A stretch of 64,000 bases of DNA. It comes from Octopus sinensis. Lineage: Eukaryota. Below, in pieces: positions 1 through 13,030 of this stretch. Within the stretch, counting starts at the first letter, position 1. Each line of letters opens with the position of its first letter. The notes beneath the pieces are model-generated. The model had not been told where the DNA came from and made no database searches. It was given only the letters and a program-made list of their open reading frames with translations. A program made the position numbers and the translations under genes. The DNA lies in assembly GCF_006345805.1 (NCBI RefSeq), contig NC_043005.1:80786001-80850000 (forward strand). The letters are read 5' to 3'.

Positions 1-182
1 TATGTATGTATGTATTATGTATGTATGTATGTATGTACGTATGTATGCATGTATGTATAGAGTGTTAGAAGCGGTGTACAGCTATTGAATATTAAGAAAA
101 GAGGCGGTCGCCAGAATTTTGAAAAAGAATTTTGTTATTTAGTCATTATTATTAGCGCTTTCGTTCGTCGTCGTGTGTAGAC

Positions 183-450
183 GCGCTCATATACTGCATT
201 ACCTGCCCCAACTACAAGGAAAATTACATTGACGAGACAAATAATTCTCTCTGTCAACGTGCAACACTCCATCGGCAGCATATCCGAGAGGAAGAATTAC
301 GCAAGATTCCGTATAGCAACCATCTGGATATATGCAGCGACAGAAAATTTTTAAAATTTCCCCTTTTACGAATGTTCAGGCGATGATCCGCAATACAGTA
401 TAGCAATGGAGCTACATGTCAAACAATTCTCCCCAAAATTGAATGTGCGA
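183..450 (+). pseudogene. Penelope-like element GIY-YIG endonuclease relic
   Basis: Manual translation from 183 gives ALIYCITCPNYKENYIDETNNSLCQRATLHRQHIREEELRKIPYSNHLDIC..., then after a frameshift ...ELHVKQFSPKLN. This matches the xIY-CxxC-YIGET...R...H...E...LN layout of PLE GIY-YIG domains (YIG decayed to YID). Confidence 0.75.
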
Positions 451-589
451 AAGAAAAGAGGAAAAGTTTTGATTATAAATGTAGCTGCAATATTTGAAAA
501 ACGAAACTCATCTCTATAAATATTCAGGTATATATATGTATAACATTGGGATATTCTATAACATTAAGTGAAAACTCTCACCAGGCACA

Positions 590-610
590 CACCACACACA
601 CACACACACA

Positions 611-661
<51 letters not shown>

Positions 662-662
662 T
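590..662. repeat. (CA)n microsatellite
   Basis: Direct reading. Confidence 0.95.
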
Positions 663-1410
663 CACAATCATACATGTATTTAAACCTAATCAATATATGT
701 GAATGTTTACATTCAGTTTCACAGTTCCTTAATCGATCGTAGTCTATTAGTGTAGTGTAATTGAGAAATGGAATGAAAATTGATTCAGTTCTTCCAATGT
801 GTGAATTCTGAAACTAAAGGTCCAAGACCAAATACTCTGTTAAGTTAGTCTTTTTTGCTATATTCAAAATCAGGTACTAAATGTATTTAGAACAAATATT
901 TTAAGAAGAATTTCTATGAATATATCATTTGGTCCTAAGTTAAAATCATCTCAGCGTTGTCTTCCGTAATTAATACCATTGTTAATGCATTAATGTTCTA
1001 TATTTCCGTTTTATTCTACTATATAAAGCTCCAATTCTTTACATTTAATTCAAAATATTATTCTTTGAAAATTGATCTTTTTAATTAAACACTCAAAATA
1101 TACATCTCTTGCTATTTCAACCAAATAACATAGGCGTCCAATTTAGAATATGTTTGCTTATAATTATTTAACTAATTTAGTCAGTATAATAAACATCTTT
1201 CAGTACTGAGACATAGCTGCTTTCAATAATACTTGAATACCTATTCTGAGGTGTTCGTATCTATTTTAAACCAAAATATTTACAAGGTTCTGTGAGAACC
1301 TCAACAGAACACTGATCCTCCATGACGAGGATCTACGTTGGTAGCTCCTTAGCAAGTCAATTACAAAGTAGCTATGTGAGTGTTTCGGATACTGAAAACG
1401 GCAGTCTAAT

Positions 1411-1798
1411 GGATGGATGGAAGCACTCCGTCGGTTACGACGACGAGGGTTCCGGTTGATCCGATCAACGGAACAGCCTGCTCGTGAAATTAACGTGTAA
1501 GTGGCTGAGCACTCCACAGACACGTGTACCCTTAACGTAGTTCTCAGGGATATTCAGCGTGACACAGAGAGTGACAAGGCCGGCCCTTTGAAATACAGGT
1601 ACAACAGAAACAGGAAGTAAGAGTGAGAGAAATTTGTGGTGAAAGAGTACAGCAGGGATCACCACCATCCCCTGCCGGAGCCTCGTGGAGCTTTAGGTGT
1701 TTTCGCTCAATAAACACTCACAACGCCTGGTCTGGGAATCGAAACCGCGATCCTATGACCGCGAGTCCGCTGCCCTAACTACTGAGCCATTGCGCCTC
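1411..1798 (-). mobile_element. tRNA-derived SINE, family S1, with 14-bp TSD
   Basis: Reverse strand starts GAGGCGCAATGGCTCAGTAGTTAGGGCAGCGG...GGTTTCGATTCCC (A and B boxes) and has a (CCAT)n tail. AACGGCAGTCTAAT is duplicated at 1397-1410 and 1799-1812. Second copy at 3490-4068. Confidence 0.85.
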
Positions 1799-2654
1799 AA
1801 CGGCAGTCTAATATCTCTCAAATGAAACCTTAAATTTCTTTTAAAATCTAACATGATTAGATATCAAAAGTGTGAATCTCTACGATATGGTTTAAAACGC
1901 TTTTCATTATATGAGCATTCGATGAAAATGAATCTGAATTTAAGCAATAACAACAAAAACAGCAATTAAAAGAGTTTTCGAATGTAAACAGGAATGAATT
2001 GAAATGTTACTATGTCAACAACTATAAGATATACCAAATCCCTCATTTGACTTAAAGTAGTTATAGTATTTGTGATAAAACCTTAAGTGGTATATAATAA
2101 AATAAAATCGTTATGGGATTCATTGATAATGACACCATCGTAACGTATAAATTCTTTACAATAAAAATCTTAAAGAACACACAAACCGAACCAATCTACT
2201 TTACTATTATTACTTCCATTTAGATTCATTAACTTACTTCGTAGATGTATTTATATGAAACACATAATTTATTGCCAATCTCCTCAGAAATGTTTATATT
2301 TGTTCTTAAAATGAATTTAGCTTAAGTGCTCTGGATTATCACAATGACTTTATAGAGATGAATAACAAAAGGAATTCTGTGCTGAGTGTATAAGCGTAAA
2401 GTCCAAATTTCCGAATTCTCTCTCTATGAAATAATGAGGTGACATAGGTTAACAATAAACATTTTCAATTTCTTCAAGTATTTTTATCTCAGTATGATAA
2501 CTTTACAAAGTTAGAAAATGTAGATTGATAGAGAATATATCGTGGCTGCCATATGTTTTTCATGCTAGGGGTTCAAATCTCACTGGAGCTGTTATTACGA
2601 TTCCATTTTTCAAATCAAACAGCTTCTCTTTTTCATAGATATTGATTTCATATT

Positions 2655-2857
2655 TTGGCACAATGTCAGCAGTTTCGGAGTTAGAGATAGGTTGATTGTA
2701 TGGACCCCAATACTCAACTGGTACTTATGCTATCGACCCCGAAATGATGAAAGGTAAAGTCAACCTTGCCGACATTTTAACTCAGAACGTAAAGACAGAG
2801 GAAATACCGCTAAACATTTCTCCCGGCGTACAAACGATTATGCCAATTAACCGCCTT
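2655..2857 (-). mobile_element. Degenerate SINE family S5 (short type-B tail)
   Basis: Contains the shared core (reverse of GGTCGACTTTGCCTTTCATCCTTTCGGGGTCGATAAAATAAGTACCAG) and a head like GGCGAGCTGGCAGAA. Confidence 0.7.
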
Positions 2858-3019
2858 CTTCCTTATAAAGATTAGGTATATACAGATTTTATTCAATTTT
2901 TATGTTGTTCGTTTCAATACAAATATATACATTTGAGTTAAAAATATATTTAAAAGCAAAATGGTTTTGACACTGTTTTAATCAAGGCTGAAAGCTGTTT
3001 TGATATGTTAAACTACAAT

Positions 3020-3240
3020 AAAGCAACGATCTGGCAGAATTGTTAGCACCCTGGGTAAAATGCTTTGCAGCATTTCGTTCGTCCTTATGTACTAAGTTCA
3101 AATTCTGCCTAGGTCGACTTTGCCTTTCATCTTTTCAAAGTCGATAAAATAAGTACCAGTTGAACACTGGGGTCGATGTAATAGACTTACACCCTCCCCA
3201 CACATTGCTGGCCTTGTACCAAAATTTGAAACCAATATTT
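3020..3240 (+). mobile_element. Degenerate SINE family S5 (type-B tail)
   Basis: TGGCAGAATTGTTAGC A-box-like, AAGTTCAAATTC B-box-like, and the same core as the other S5 copies. Confidence 0.75.
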
Positions 3241-3489
3241 TAAATCACTCACGTGATCTGATTCACTGCCCCACTACCACCCACTCTTCACATTTCTTTC
3301 TTTGTTGTAAGACAAAGCCACTTTTCTGGTCATAATCCCTTCCTTCCTACCTACCTACCTACCTACAACTTACCTACCAACCTACCTAACGACCTACCTA
3401 CCTACTTACCTACCAACCTACCCATCTATATACATACATATATACATACACACATACATATACACACATATAGCGTGTGCATGAATCGT

Positions 3490-4068
3490 GGTACTCTGTC
3501 AGTTAAGACGACGAGGGTCCCAGTTGATCCGATCAACAGAATAGTATGATCGTGAAATTAACATGTAAATGCCTGAGCACTCCACAGACACGTGAACCCT
3601 TAACGTAGTTCTCGGTGAGATTCAGCGCGACACAGTGTGTGACAAGGATGGCCCTTTTGAAATCCAGGTAGAAGAGAAACAGGAGGAAAGTGTGAGAGAA
3701 AGTGGTTAAAGAATACAGCAGAGTTCGCCACGATAGATCGCTAACCACTACACATTCTTTATTTTCTCTCCTTGTTTCTTTCTGTGTTCTTTTCTGTGGA
3801 AGAGCGTAGGCTCAAAACGTTAGACTTTTTCACTTCCCGAGCGTTATACCAATACATCTGTTTGTTGTCTACACCACCGGTCTTCGTATTTTGTATTTTT
3901 TGTGAATTCTTCGCCACACCCCTTGGTGAAGCCTCGTGGAGATTTAGGTGTTTTTGCGCAAAACCACTCACAACGCCCGGTCTGTGAATCGAAACCGCTA
4001 TCTCACGACCACGAGTCCGCTGCCCCAAACCTAACCTTCACTACTGAGCCATTGCGCCTTCACGTCTG
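3490..4068 (-). mobile_element. SINE family S1 copy interrupted by a 178-bp insertion
   Basis: Collinear with 1411-1798 except for 3732-3909, which is flanked by TTCGCCAC direct repeats. Confidence 0.8.
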
Positions 4069-4189
4069 CATAAATGGATATTAGTTGAAGAGGTAGTACT
4101 GACGCTTTGTGGAATTTTATGGTATTGTGTCCATATGTCTGTGCGAGGAGAACATGTGAAGTACTTCTGCACTTTAGACTGTAAGCTTA

Positions 4190-5221
4190 TTTCCTTGCTT
4201 TGTATGTTAGCAGCCGTATATGTACGTAGATGTGAGTCTTTGTATGTACGTAGGTAGTCCTGTCATTGTTAGCATTTTGCTTTGCTTGTGGCGACATTCG
4301 AATTTTGTATTCATAAATATTGAAAGCAGAGATTGTCATGAAATATTTATCAGTAATATTTATCCAAGTATTACTTTTATGCATACTCACATGTGCATAC
4401 ATACACACATACATACATGCATATACACATACATACATGAATGCAGACATAAATGCATGCATACATTCATGCATACTTGCATACATACATGCATACATAA
4501 AGACAGACATATATGCATGCATGCATACATTGATGTATGCATACATGCAGACATACATGCATACATACATGCATACATACAGACATACATTCATACATAG
4601 ATGTAGACATGCATATATACATATATGCATATATACGTATATGCATGCACACATGCATACATACATAATGCATACATGCATACATACATGCATACATACG
4701 CGCAGACATACATACATACCTACATACATGCATACATACATGCATGAGACATACGTGCAGACATACATAGAAGCAGACATACATACATGCAGGAATACAT
4801 ACAGACATACACACATACGGACATAAGGAAAGATGTCTGCAATCTGAATTCCATAAGCACTACACATATTCACCTTTCACAGCCATATGGGCACTATGCC
4901 ATAAAAATTACACAAAGCTTCAATACTACCTCTTCAATTATTAGGCCCCTGATATATGAATCACACTGCCTAAATACAAATCTTGAGAAATTATGTTTTT
5001 CAAATCAGAGAGGAGAAAGCTAATTCGAAGACTACAGATCCAATCCATCACTGGAACTGTAAAAATCTGTAAGACTTTCCAGAAGTTTATCATTCAGATA
5101 TATATGAGAATGTCTAGATATGCAGCTATATGCATGTGAATACATACATACATATATACATACATACATACATACATACATACATACATACATGCATGCA
5201 TGCATACATACATACATACAT

Positions 5222-5258
<37 letters not shown>

Positions 5259-5500
5259 AGTACATACATGTATACATACAGAAATACCGTTGTTGATGTT
5301 GAAATTCGGATGAAGGAACCTTGGATCCAGGTCAGACATCGGTTCTTTGTCTATTGGCAAGAACTTTTGAAATAAACTGAATAATGACATACAAACATAC
5401 AGCATACATGCATACATACATACATACATACATACACACATACATACATACATACAAACATACATACAAACCTACATTCATTCATACATATTTTCATTCA
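4190..5500. repeat. Degenerate (CATA)n/(GACA)n tetranucleotide arrays
   Basis: Direct reading; source of the spurious MYVC/HTYI ORFs. Confidence 0.9.
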
Positions 5501-5574
5501 TGAACACAACTAATAATAAACGAATGCATATATGTTCCTATGATAACTAAGTCGTTTATTTTGTAATGTTATAA

Positions 5575-5593
5575 ATTATTATCATTATTATTA

Positions 5594-5665
<72 letters not shown>

Positions 5666-5702
5666 CATTATTATTATTATTATTATTATTATATTATTAT
5701 TA

Positions 5703-5746
<44 letters not shown>

Positions 5747-5768
5747 TATTATTATTATTATATTATTA

Positions 5769-5822
<54 letters not shown>
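5575..5822. repeat. (TTA)n microsatellite
   Basis: Direct reading. Confidence 0.95.
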
Positions 5823-6732
5823 ATTTTGACGACTTCTTTCATATACTATATTGATAGTCTATGCGTTCAGATTCTCTCCCTTTCACGTATTACTTTCTCC
5901 CTTTCACATATGTACAAATACTTTTTCATCTCATTGTTAGTTAGCGGACCAATATATTTGTGCTTAGCATTTTAGGGCATTGTTGTTACTTTCTGTCACT
6001 TGTGTGTATGTTACCTTTTATTCTTTTGCTTACATTTCGTCATTCTTTCTATTTGAACACGTGGTCGACTTCCGACGATTTCTTCATTAAAGGGGAAAGA
6101 AACTGTTTCAGTCAACCTAAGTTAAGATGAAAACCATACACATCTATGTTTTGCGTTTCTGTTTGCAGTTTATTTGGTGCACTGTTTTGCAGATCTTACA
6201 AAGTTTCTGTTCTACAATAGTTCTAATATAATATTGTGTAAATCTTTTCCTTTTAAACTTCCCAAATCTACACATCCCTTCGGGCAGCATTGAAGAAAAT
6301 TAATTATAATTATGTATCATATTTGAGTCAATGATGGGCTGTACGCTTCATTAAAATATGGCAAATGAAACAGTTTTGGTGTTAGATTTATTGAAATAGC
6401 CATTGTCATACGTTAGCTTTAAGAGAAAACCGTGTTTGTTGCTTACGATATCCTGAAATCTCTTATAATTTCTGCATGACATCTGTATGCATTTCTCTAA
6501 AGCGATAACAAATGTTGGTGGACGGGTAATGAGCTAACTCATCCGAACTAATTACAATGATACCTGTAACATTTTAAGATTGGGTACAGTGAGTGAATCT
6601 TATTAAAATCTACCCCGTGATCTCGCCGATAACGAAATAATGATCATTGGTAGGTTTATAATTATTGAGACAGAGAAAGTTAATATAGAGTTGTAGGAAG
6701 TGTGAGGGCGAGAAACCTTCATCTCCAAGAAA

Positions 6733-6814
<82 letters not shown>

Positions 6815-6836
6815 CAAGAAAGAGGGAGCGGGCTTA

Positions 6837-6886
<50 letters not shown>

Positions 6887-6890
6887 TATA

Positions 6891-7159
6891 TTGTTGTGTC
6901 TGGGGAGAGTCATTCCCTTTCAGTGCTTTATTACTTAACACACACACACACCAGTTCGATTTCCATCCATGTAGTTATTCATTTTTGCTAAAATTTTCGT
7001 TGCGGCCTCCAATCTTTCCAAAATTCATTTGAAAGGGTTGCAAGACACAACGCAAATTTTAGAAAAAATAAGTAAGTAACTAAATGAATAGAAATTGAAC
7101 CGGTGGGTGTGTTAAGTAATAATGCACTAGAGGAGAATGATTCTCCCCAGACACAATAA
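6891..7159. mobile_element. MITE/foldback element with ~105-bp imperfect terminal inverted repeats
   Basis: 6891-6996 (TTGTTGTGTCTGGGGAGAGTCATTC...CTAAAATTT) is the reverse complement of 7054-7159 (AAATTTTAG...GAATGATTCTCCCCAGACACAATAA). It lies next to a (TA)n array. Confidence 0.7.
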
Positions 7160-7238
7160 AATATGCTTCAACACACGCATTCACATAAAGTATGTTGCAA
7201 ACAAAAACCCAAAACGATATATATATATATATATGAGT

Positions 7239-7579
7239 GACCCCCTTCAGTCAGACACTGACCATGGGTTTGCACCTAGAGAGTTACCCTCTGAGGCACA
7301 AGTCTGGGCAAGGTTGTTTTTTTTTTATGGAAGACCAGCAGTCGCCCATGCACACCGGCCTCCCCTCTCCACGTCACCGATGTTGTCCAAGGGAAAGGCA
7401 AGGGCCGATACAGCTTGGCACCCGTGACGTCGCAACTCATTTCTACAGCTGAGTGAACTGGAGCAACGTGAAATAAAGTGTCTTGCTCAAGAACACAACA
7501 CGCAGCCCGGTCCGGGATTCGAGCTCACAACCTCACGATCGTGAGCTCGACGCTCTAACCACTGAGCCACGCGCCTTCA
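7239..7579 (-). mobile_element. tRNA-derived SINE family S2 (CORE-like central domain)
   Basis: Head GAAGGCGCGTGGCTCAGTGGTTAGAGCG...GGTTGTGAGCTCGAATCCC. The central TTCTTGAGCAAGACACTTTATTTCACGTTGCTCCAG resembles CORE-type domains (from memory, not database-checked). Confidence 0.8.
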
Positions 7580-7617
7580 TGTATATATATATATATTATA
7601 TATATATATATATATAT

Positions 7618-7654
<37 letters not shown>

Positions 7655-7714
7655 TATATATATATTATTATATATATATATATATATATATCTATATATA
7701 TATATATATATATA

Positions 7715-7773
<59 letters not shown>

Positions 7774-7781
7774 TATAATAT

Positions 7782-7852
<71 letters not shown>

Positions 7853-7865
7853 ATATATATATATC
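7580..7865. repeat. (TA)n array between two inverted S2 SINEs
   Basis: Direct reading. Confidence 0.95.
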
Positions 7866-7866
7866 G

Positions 7867-8200
7867 TGAAGGCGCATGGCTCAGTGGTTAGAGCGTCAAG
7901 CTTACGATCGTGAGGTTGTGAGCTCGAATCTCGGACCGGGCTGCGTGTTGTGTTCTTGAGCAAGACATTTTATTTCACGTTGCTCCAGTTAATTCAGCTG
8001 TAGAAATGAGTTGCGACGTCACTGGTGCCAAGCTGTATCGGCTGCTGCCTTTCCCTTGGATAACACTGGTGATGTGGAGAGGGGAGTTCGGTATGTATGG
8101 GCAACTGCTGGTCTTCCATAAACCACCTTGCCCAGACTTGTGACTAGGAGGGTAACTTTCTACTGGCAATCCCATGGTCAGTGTCGTGACCGAAGGGGTC
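7867..8200 (+). mobile_element. tRNA-derived SINE family S2
   Basis: Reverse-complement homolog of 7239-7579. Confidence 0.8.
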
Positions 8201-8201
8201 C

Positions 8202-8293
<92 letters not shown>

Positions 8294-9964
8294 TTATATA
8301 TATATATATGTATATATATACAAGTGTAGATATAATTATCAATATATGCATACACACACATGCACACATATATACAATGGTGTAATTTGTAGTGTCATGG
8401 GATGAGCTTCTGGATCTGGTGAAACATTTTTATCGAACCTGTATCGTAGTTTTTATATATTTCCCCAATCAACCTGTTAGAAATAGTAACCCTGTCTCCA
8501 ATTTACCAATGAGAAACACAAACACATGTTGGCCTAGAGGATGATTTAGTTCATTCAGGATCTGACCAGCCATTGGTCGATGTTTCGCAACTCAGCATAT
8601 GAGTGGTCATATGTGAAACTCTACCGAGTATGCTCGTTCGTCTAATAAGTATTGCCTTAATATTTTCTGTAAAATGAATGTCCTAATTACAAAAGCAATC
8701 ATATGACCCATAAAATGACGACAGCGAAAACGATGATTACGTTGATAATGATGCTGACTGAGAATTATGATAACGTTGATGATGATGTTAAGAATGATGA
8801 CGATGCTGATGCCGATGCTGACAATGATGAGGATGTTTATGGTTTCCAAACACTGCAATATTGATTTGATATCCAGCTTTTTTGTATTCAGTATCAAATA
8901 TATATATATATATAAATACAAATATTTATACTTGAATAAAAAAAAAATTATGTTCACACACACATACGTGTGCGCGCACAAACACATAATAAATAGGGCA
9001 AATTGATTTATTGATTATATAGGTTTCTTTTAGTATTTCTCTTTACTTTTAAATATTGCTTTTTTTCTCATATCATTATATGATTTGTTTATTTTTATGA
9101 GTGCAAAATTTGTGCGGATCTTTTCATTTCTCTTTATTTTAACGTCGCAACTGTTTGTACTTTCAAGTGAATACTTTGCAAAGTGATTAATATTAATGAT
9201 TGCTGCGTATGGATCGAGTTGAGTGCAAGTTTGAGAGTTCATAAAAATTAGTTTCCATAAATTATCATCGCCCTCCCCACTCTTCTTTACTCTCGCCATG
9301 GATTTAAAAAAAAAAAAGATTTTTTGAAAAGATCTATTGAACGAGTAGAATAGAGTACTTCGTAGGCGTGTATTGTATGCCTGTGTGTATCTATTGTTTA
9401 ACGCCTAAGATATTTATTTGGCCGCCCTATGATGTGCTGATAATGATATCAAACTACGTGCGGCATTCACCCGGGATGGGTTAAGCCGGCTCCGACTAAC
9501 GAGTTCATCACGTCTTTCACGGATGCTGACATCATCCAACGATTGGCCGATAACACGGACACCGCAGTCGTAGGCGTCATCCGCTGTTGATGTGTAGATT
9601 TCATGTTCCGAGTTTGAGTAGGGATACTACGAGTTCACATGTGGTCTCCGGTCACATGCATACACCGTTGGTATATTGTGACCTGTAGCAGCATATCTTG
9701 CCATCGATTGTGATCGTCGCAGAGGATTCCCTGACCAAGTCACCGCCAGTTATCGAAGCAGATATAGCCTGAGTTTGAAGCGGGTTCTAGAGAGAGAGAG
9801 AGAGAGTGAGAGAGAGAGAGAGAGAAAGAGAGAGAAAGTGAGAGAGAGAGAAAAAGAGAGAGAGAGAGAAAGAGAGGTATTCAGAATTTCTTATAGATTT
9901 ACAAAGAGATTCTCAACTATTCGTGTGTGTGTGTTTTGAAAGTTGGTGCAAATATGTTTACATC

Positions 9965-10372
9965 TTCTCTACTCTAAGCACGAAGCCCGAATTTTTTAGG
10001 GAGGTGGGGTCCAGTCGAATAGATCGAATCCAGCATCCAACTAGTACTTAATTTATCGATCCCGAAAGGATGAAAAGCAAAGTGGACCTCGGCGGAATTT
10101 GAACTCAGAACGTAGCGGCAGACAAAATACCTATTTATTTAATACTCACAAGGGGCTAAACACAGAGAGGACAAACAAGGACAGACAAACGGATTACGTC
10201 GATTATATCGACCCCAGGGCGTAACTGGTATTTATTTTATCGACCCCGAAAGGATGAAAGGCTAAGTCGACTTCGACGGAATTTGAACTCTGAACGTAAC
10301 GGCAGACGAAATACGACTACGCATTTCACCCGGCGTGCTAACGTTTCTGCCAGCGCGGCGCCTTTAAGATGA
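9965..10372 (-). mobile_element. SINE S5 composite: head + type-A unit + type-B body
   Basis: Reverse strand: head...CTTAATCCG-like type-A tail ...AATAAATA joined at 10131/10132 to GGTATTTTGTCTGCC and a second body with the short type-B tail. Confidence 0.8.
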
Positions 10373-10552
10373 TTACATGTATCAAACTAGTTCTATCGTA
10401 TGTACTTCGTAGACATCGAAAATATGAGAGATAATTCCATTCTTGGAACACTATAAAAAGCTTCAATCCAAAGATACTTCTTTTGGAGAACAGATTTCTT
10501 GGTATATGCATACACAGATGCAATGTCTTAAATACATATATTGTTTTGTTTT

Positions 10553-10772
10553 TTTACTTGTTTCAGTCTTTTGACTGCGGCCATGCTGGAGCACCGCATT
10601 TAGTCGAACAAATCGACCCCAGCATTTATTCTTTGTAAGTCTAGAACTAATTCTCCTTTGCCGAACCGCTAAGTTACGGGGAAGTAAACACACCAGCATC
10701 GGTCGCCAGGTGAAGGTGACGGTACAAATACAGACACACAAATACATACATAATACATACATACATATGTAA

Positions 10773-10812
<40 letters not shown>

Positions 10813-11009
10813 GTATGTTTGTATGTATGGATATATGTATGCATGTATATCCGACGAGCGTCTTTCAGTCTACCCATTCCACTCACAAGGCTTTGGTTGG
10901 CACAAGGTTATAGCGGAAGACAATTACCCAAGGTGCCACACAGTGTGACGGAACCCGGAACCATATGGTTGGGAAGTAAGCCTCTTACCATACAGCTACT
11001 CCTGCGCCT
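10553..11009 (-). mobile_element. tRNA-derived SINE family S3 (head + internal microsatellite + body)
   Basis: Reverse strand GGCGCAGGAGTAGCTGTATGGTAAG...TTCCGGGTTC head, (TA)n/(TG)n linker, and body ending CATGGCCGCAGTCAAAAGACTGAAACAAGTAAAA. Same layout at 36640-37005 and 58275-58679. Confidence 0.8.
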
Positions 11010-11184
11010 ATATAACCTAAGGGAGCTTTGTCTCCTTTGTCAGCGTACTAAGATAGTGTTATTGTGGCTAATGAGACGCTTTGACTCTTATTTCTAGCAG
11101 TGCTGGGACCACTTTTTACCCTCTGTCACTTTAGTGACGTCTATAAATTTGCCTTTAGGCTGTTAAATTGCTAAGAAGCCACCC

Positions 11185-11266
<82 letters not shown>

Positions 11267-11774
11267 TATAAGGGCTGACAGATCGAATATGCTTGAGGCA
11301 TATTCGAGCAAGTAAGAAAGTCGTTCCCTGTTTTTCTACGGCGAGATATTTTCACCACAGCACAATAAAGTGAATGTCTTTGCTACAGGTTCGAATCTAC
11401 CTCAAGTACATTTAAAATGGTAAACTGGTAAGACGCACATACGTACGTACGAACACACAATCACACACACGTAAATATAGTTTGTATTTATGCAGCCGTA
11501 CGTAGCTGTGTACCTATACGTGTATATATATATATATAGAATTAGGGAGTATTATGTACATATTTTGTTACCACAATATAAACCTTCACATGTAATAAAA
11601 AGAAAACAGTGTTTTATGTTTTTCCAACATTTGAGCTCCCTTGTTACATTGTTTCTATCAGAAGGGCAGTGAACCGGTGAGTGGTGCATTGCAAAACTAC
11701 AACCAACATTCACAAAACGCTTGACATAAAATACATATAAAAAGTGAGTTAAAATTCTTTACCATACATACATG

Positions 11775-11820
<46 letters not shown>

Positions 11821-11984
11821 ATTATGCATCATGTATAAAGACATATATATATATATATACATGCATATATATCTACATATATACTCTTTTACTATATATT
11901 TTCATATATATATACACACATATATCCATATACATACATGTATATATATGTATATTTGTATGTATGTATATATATATACATACG

Positions 11985-12017
<33 letters not shown>

Positions 12018-12934
12018 GAATATGAAATTTTGTAACAAAAATGTTTGTTGTTATTGTTTCTTTCCAAAATTACAAAACTTTCAATACACAACGACTTTGT
12101 CTTAGTTGCAGCCATACGTTTTTTTTTTATTTATCTTATATTATCTTTTCAATTTTTTTTATATATATTTTTTTTTATATTTCAATTTTTATTTATATAT
12201 TGCTTGCCAAAAATATAGTTCCTGTCTACCACAAATATGGTTGATTATTCAAATTATATTATGTTTTATAGCTGAAAGACTAAATGAGAAAAATGTATAT
12301 AACACTGAAAGATACATAAAGAAGACTGTAAAAAATGAAATAAAACCTAAGTAGAAAAAATGTGGAAGCAGAGAAAAGAAAGTAAAACTTATCTAATCTC
12401 TTTTGTAAACAAAATATTTTAAGTAATGTTCCGTATAAGCTAAAGCATTACAATTTCTGTCAAGTCTCTCTTCTCTTAGAACATAAATGTATCATAAAAA
12501 ATTTATGCAATCGAAAAAACTAAAAGAAAAGACAAGATGGCTTAGAATATAATTCGAAGGTATTCTTTATATATTTCTTCTCCCGAGCTATGAAATGTTT
12601 GAGTGGAATGTGGTGATATAAGATCAGTGTTCGGTCCTCGACTTAATATCCATTACTTCTACTGAGCCAATCGTTCTGACAAATTAGAATGATAGCCATT
12701 AACATGCGGTCTGACTTTCCAGAAAACAAGGGAAAATACAGGCTAATGTCCTCCTAATGTAACTGTTTCTGTCATAAAAATAATCGAGTAATTCAGTAAT
12801 ATAGTTTTAGAAAGAGAATAAGGACAAGATCGTCACTTTACGAAAGCCATTGGCTATAAACATGCTCTATAAATACTGTCGTGGTGATAACAAAAGCTGT
12901 AGGTGTACAGTATTTTGGTTGTATGTATATTTAT

Positions 12935-13030
12935 TACTTACTTTACTTAACCTCATCACTTCCTATGGAACAATAGGCCGTTGACAACTTACCGCCACTA
13001 TCTCGATGCTCATCTGTCCTCTCTCAGGTC
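12935..13030 (-). mobile_element. Possible RTE-type LINE 3' end relic
   Basis: Reverse strand ...GTGGCGGTAAGTTGTCAACGGCCTATTGTTCC...TAAGTAAAGTAAGTAA resembles RTE C-terminal W-x-x-V-x-G-L-C-S ends with a short tandem tail. Confidence 0.3.

Noticed and set aside
4187-5465. ORFs up to 228 aa (MYVC/HTYI-rich)
   Set aside because: Translations of (CATA)n arrays; open in several frames on both strands.
9650-9683. GGTCACA...TGTGACC hairpin as a pre-miRNA
   Set aside because: Only about 34 nt, and pairing does not extend into the flanks.
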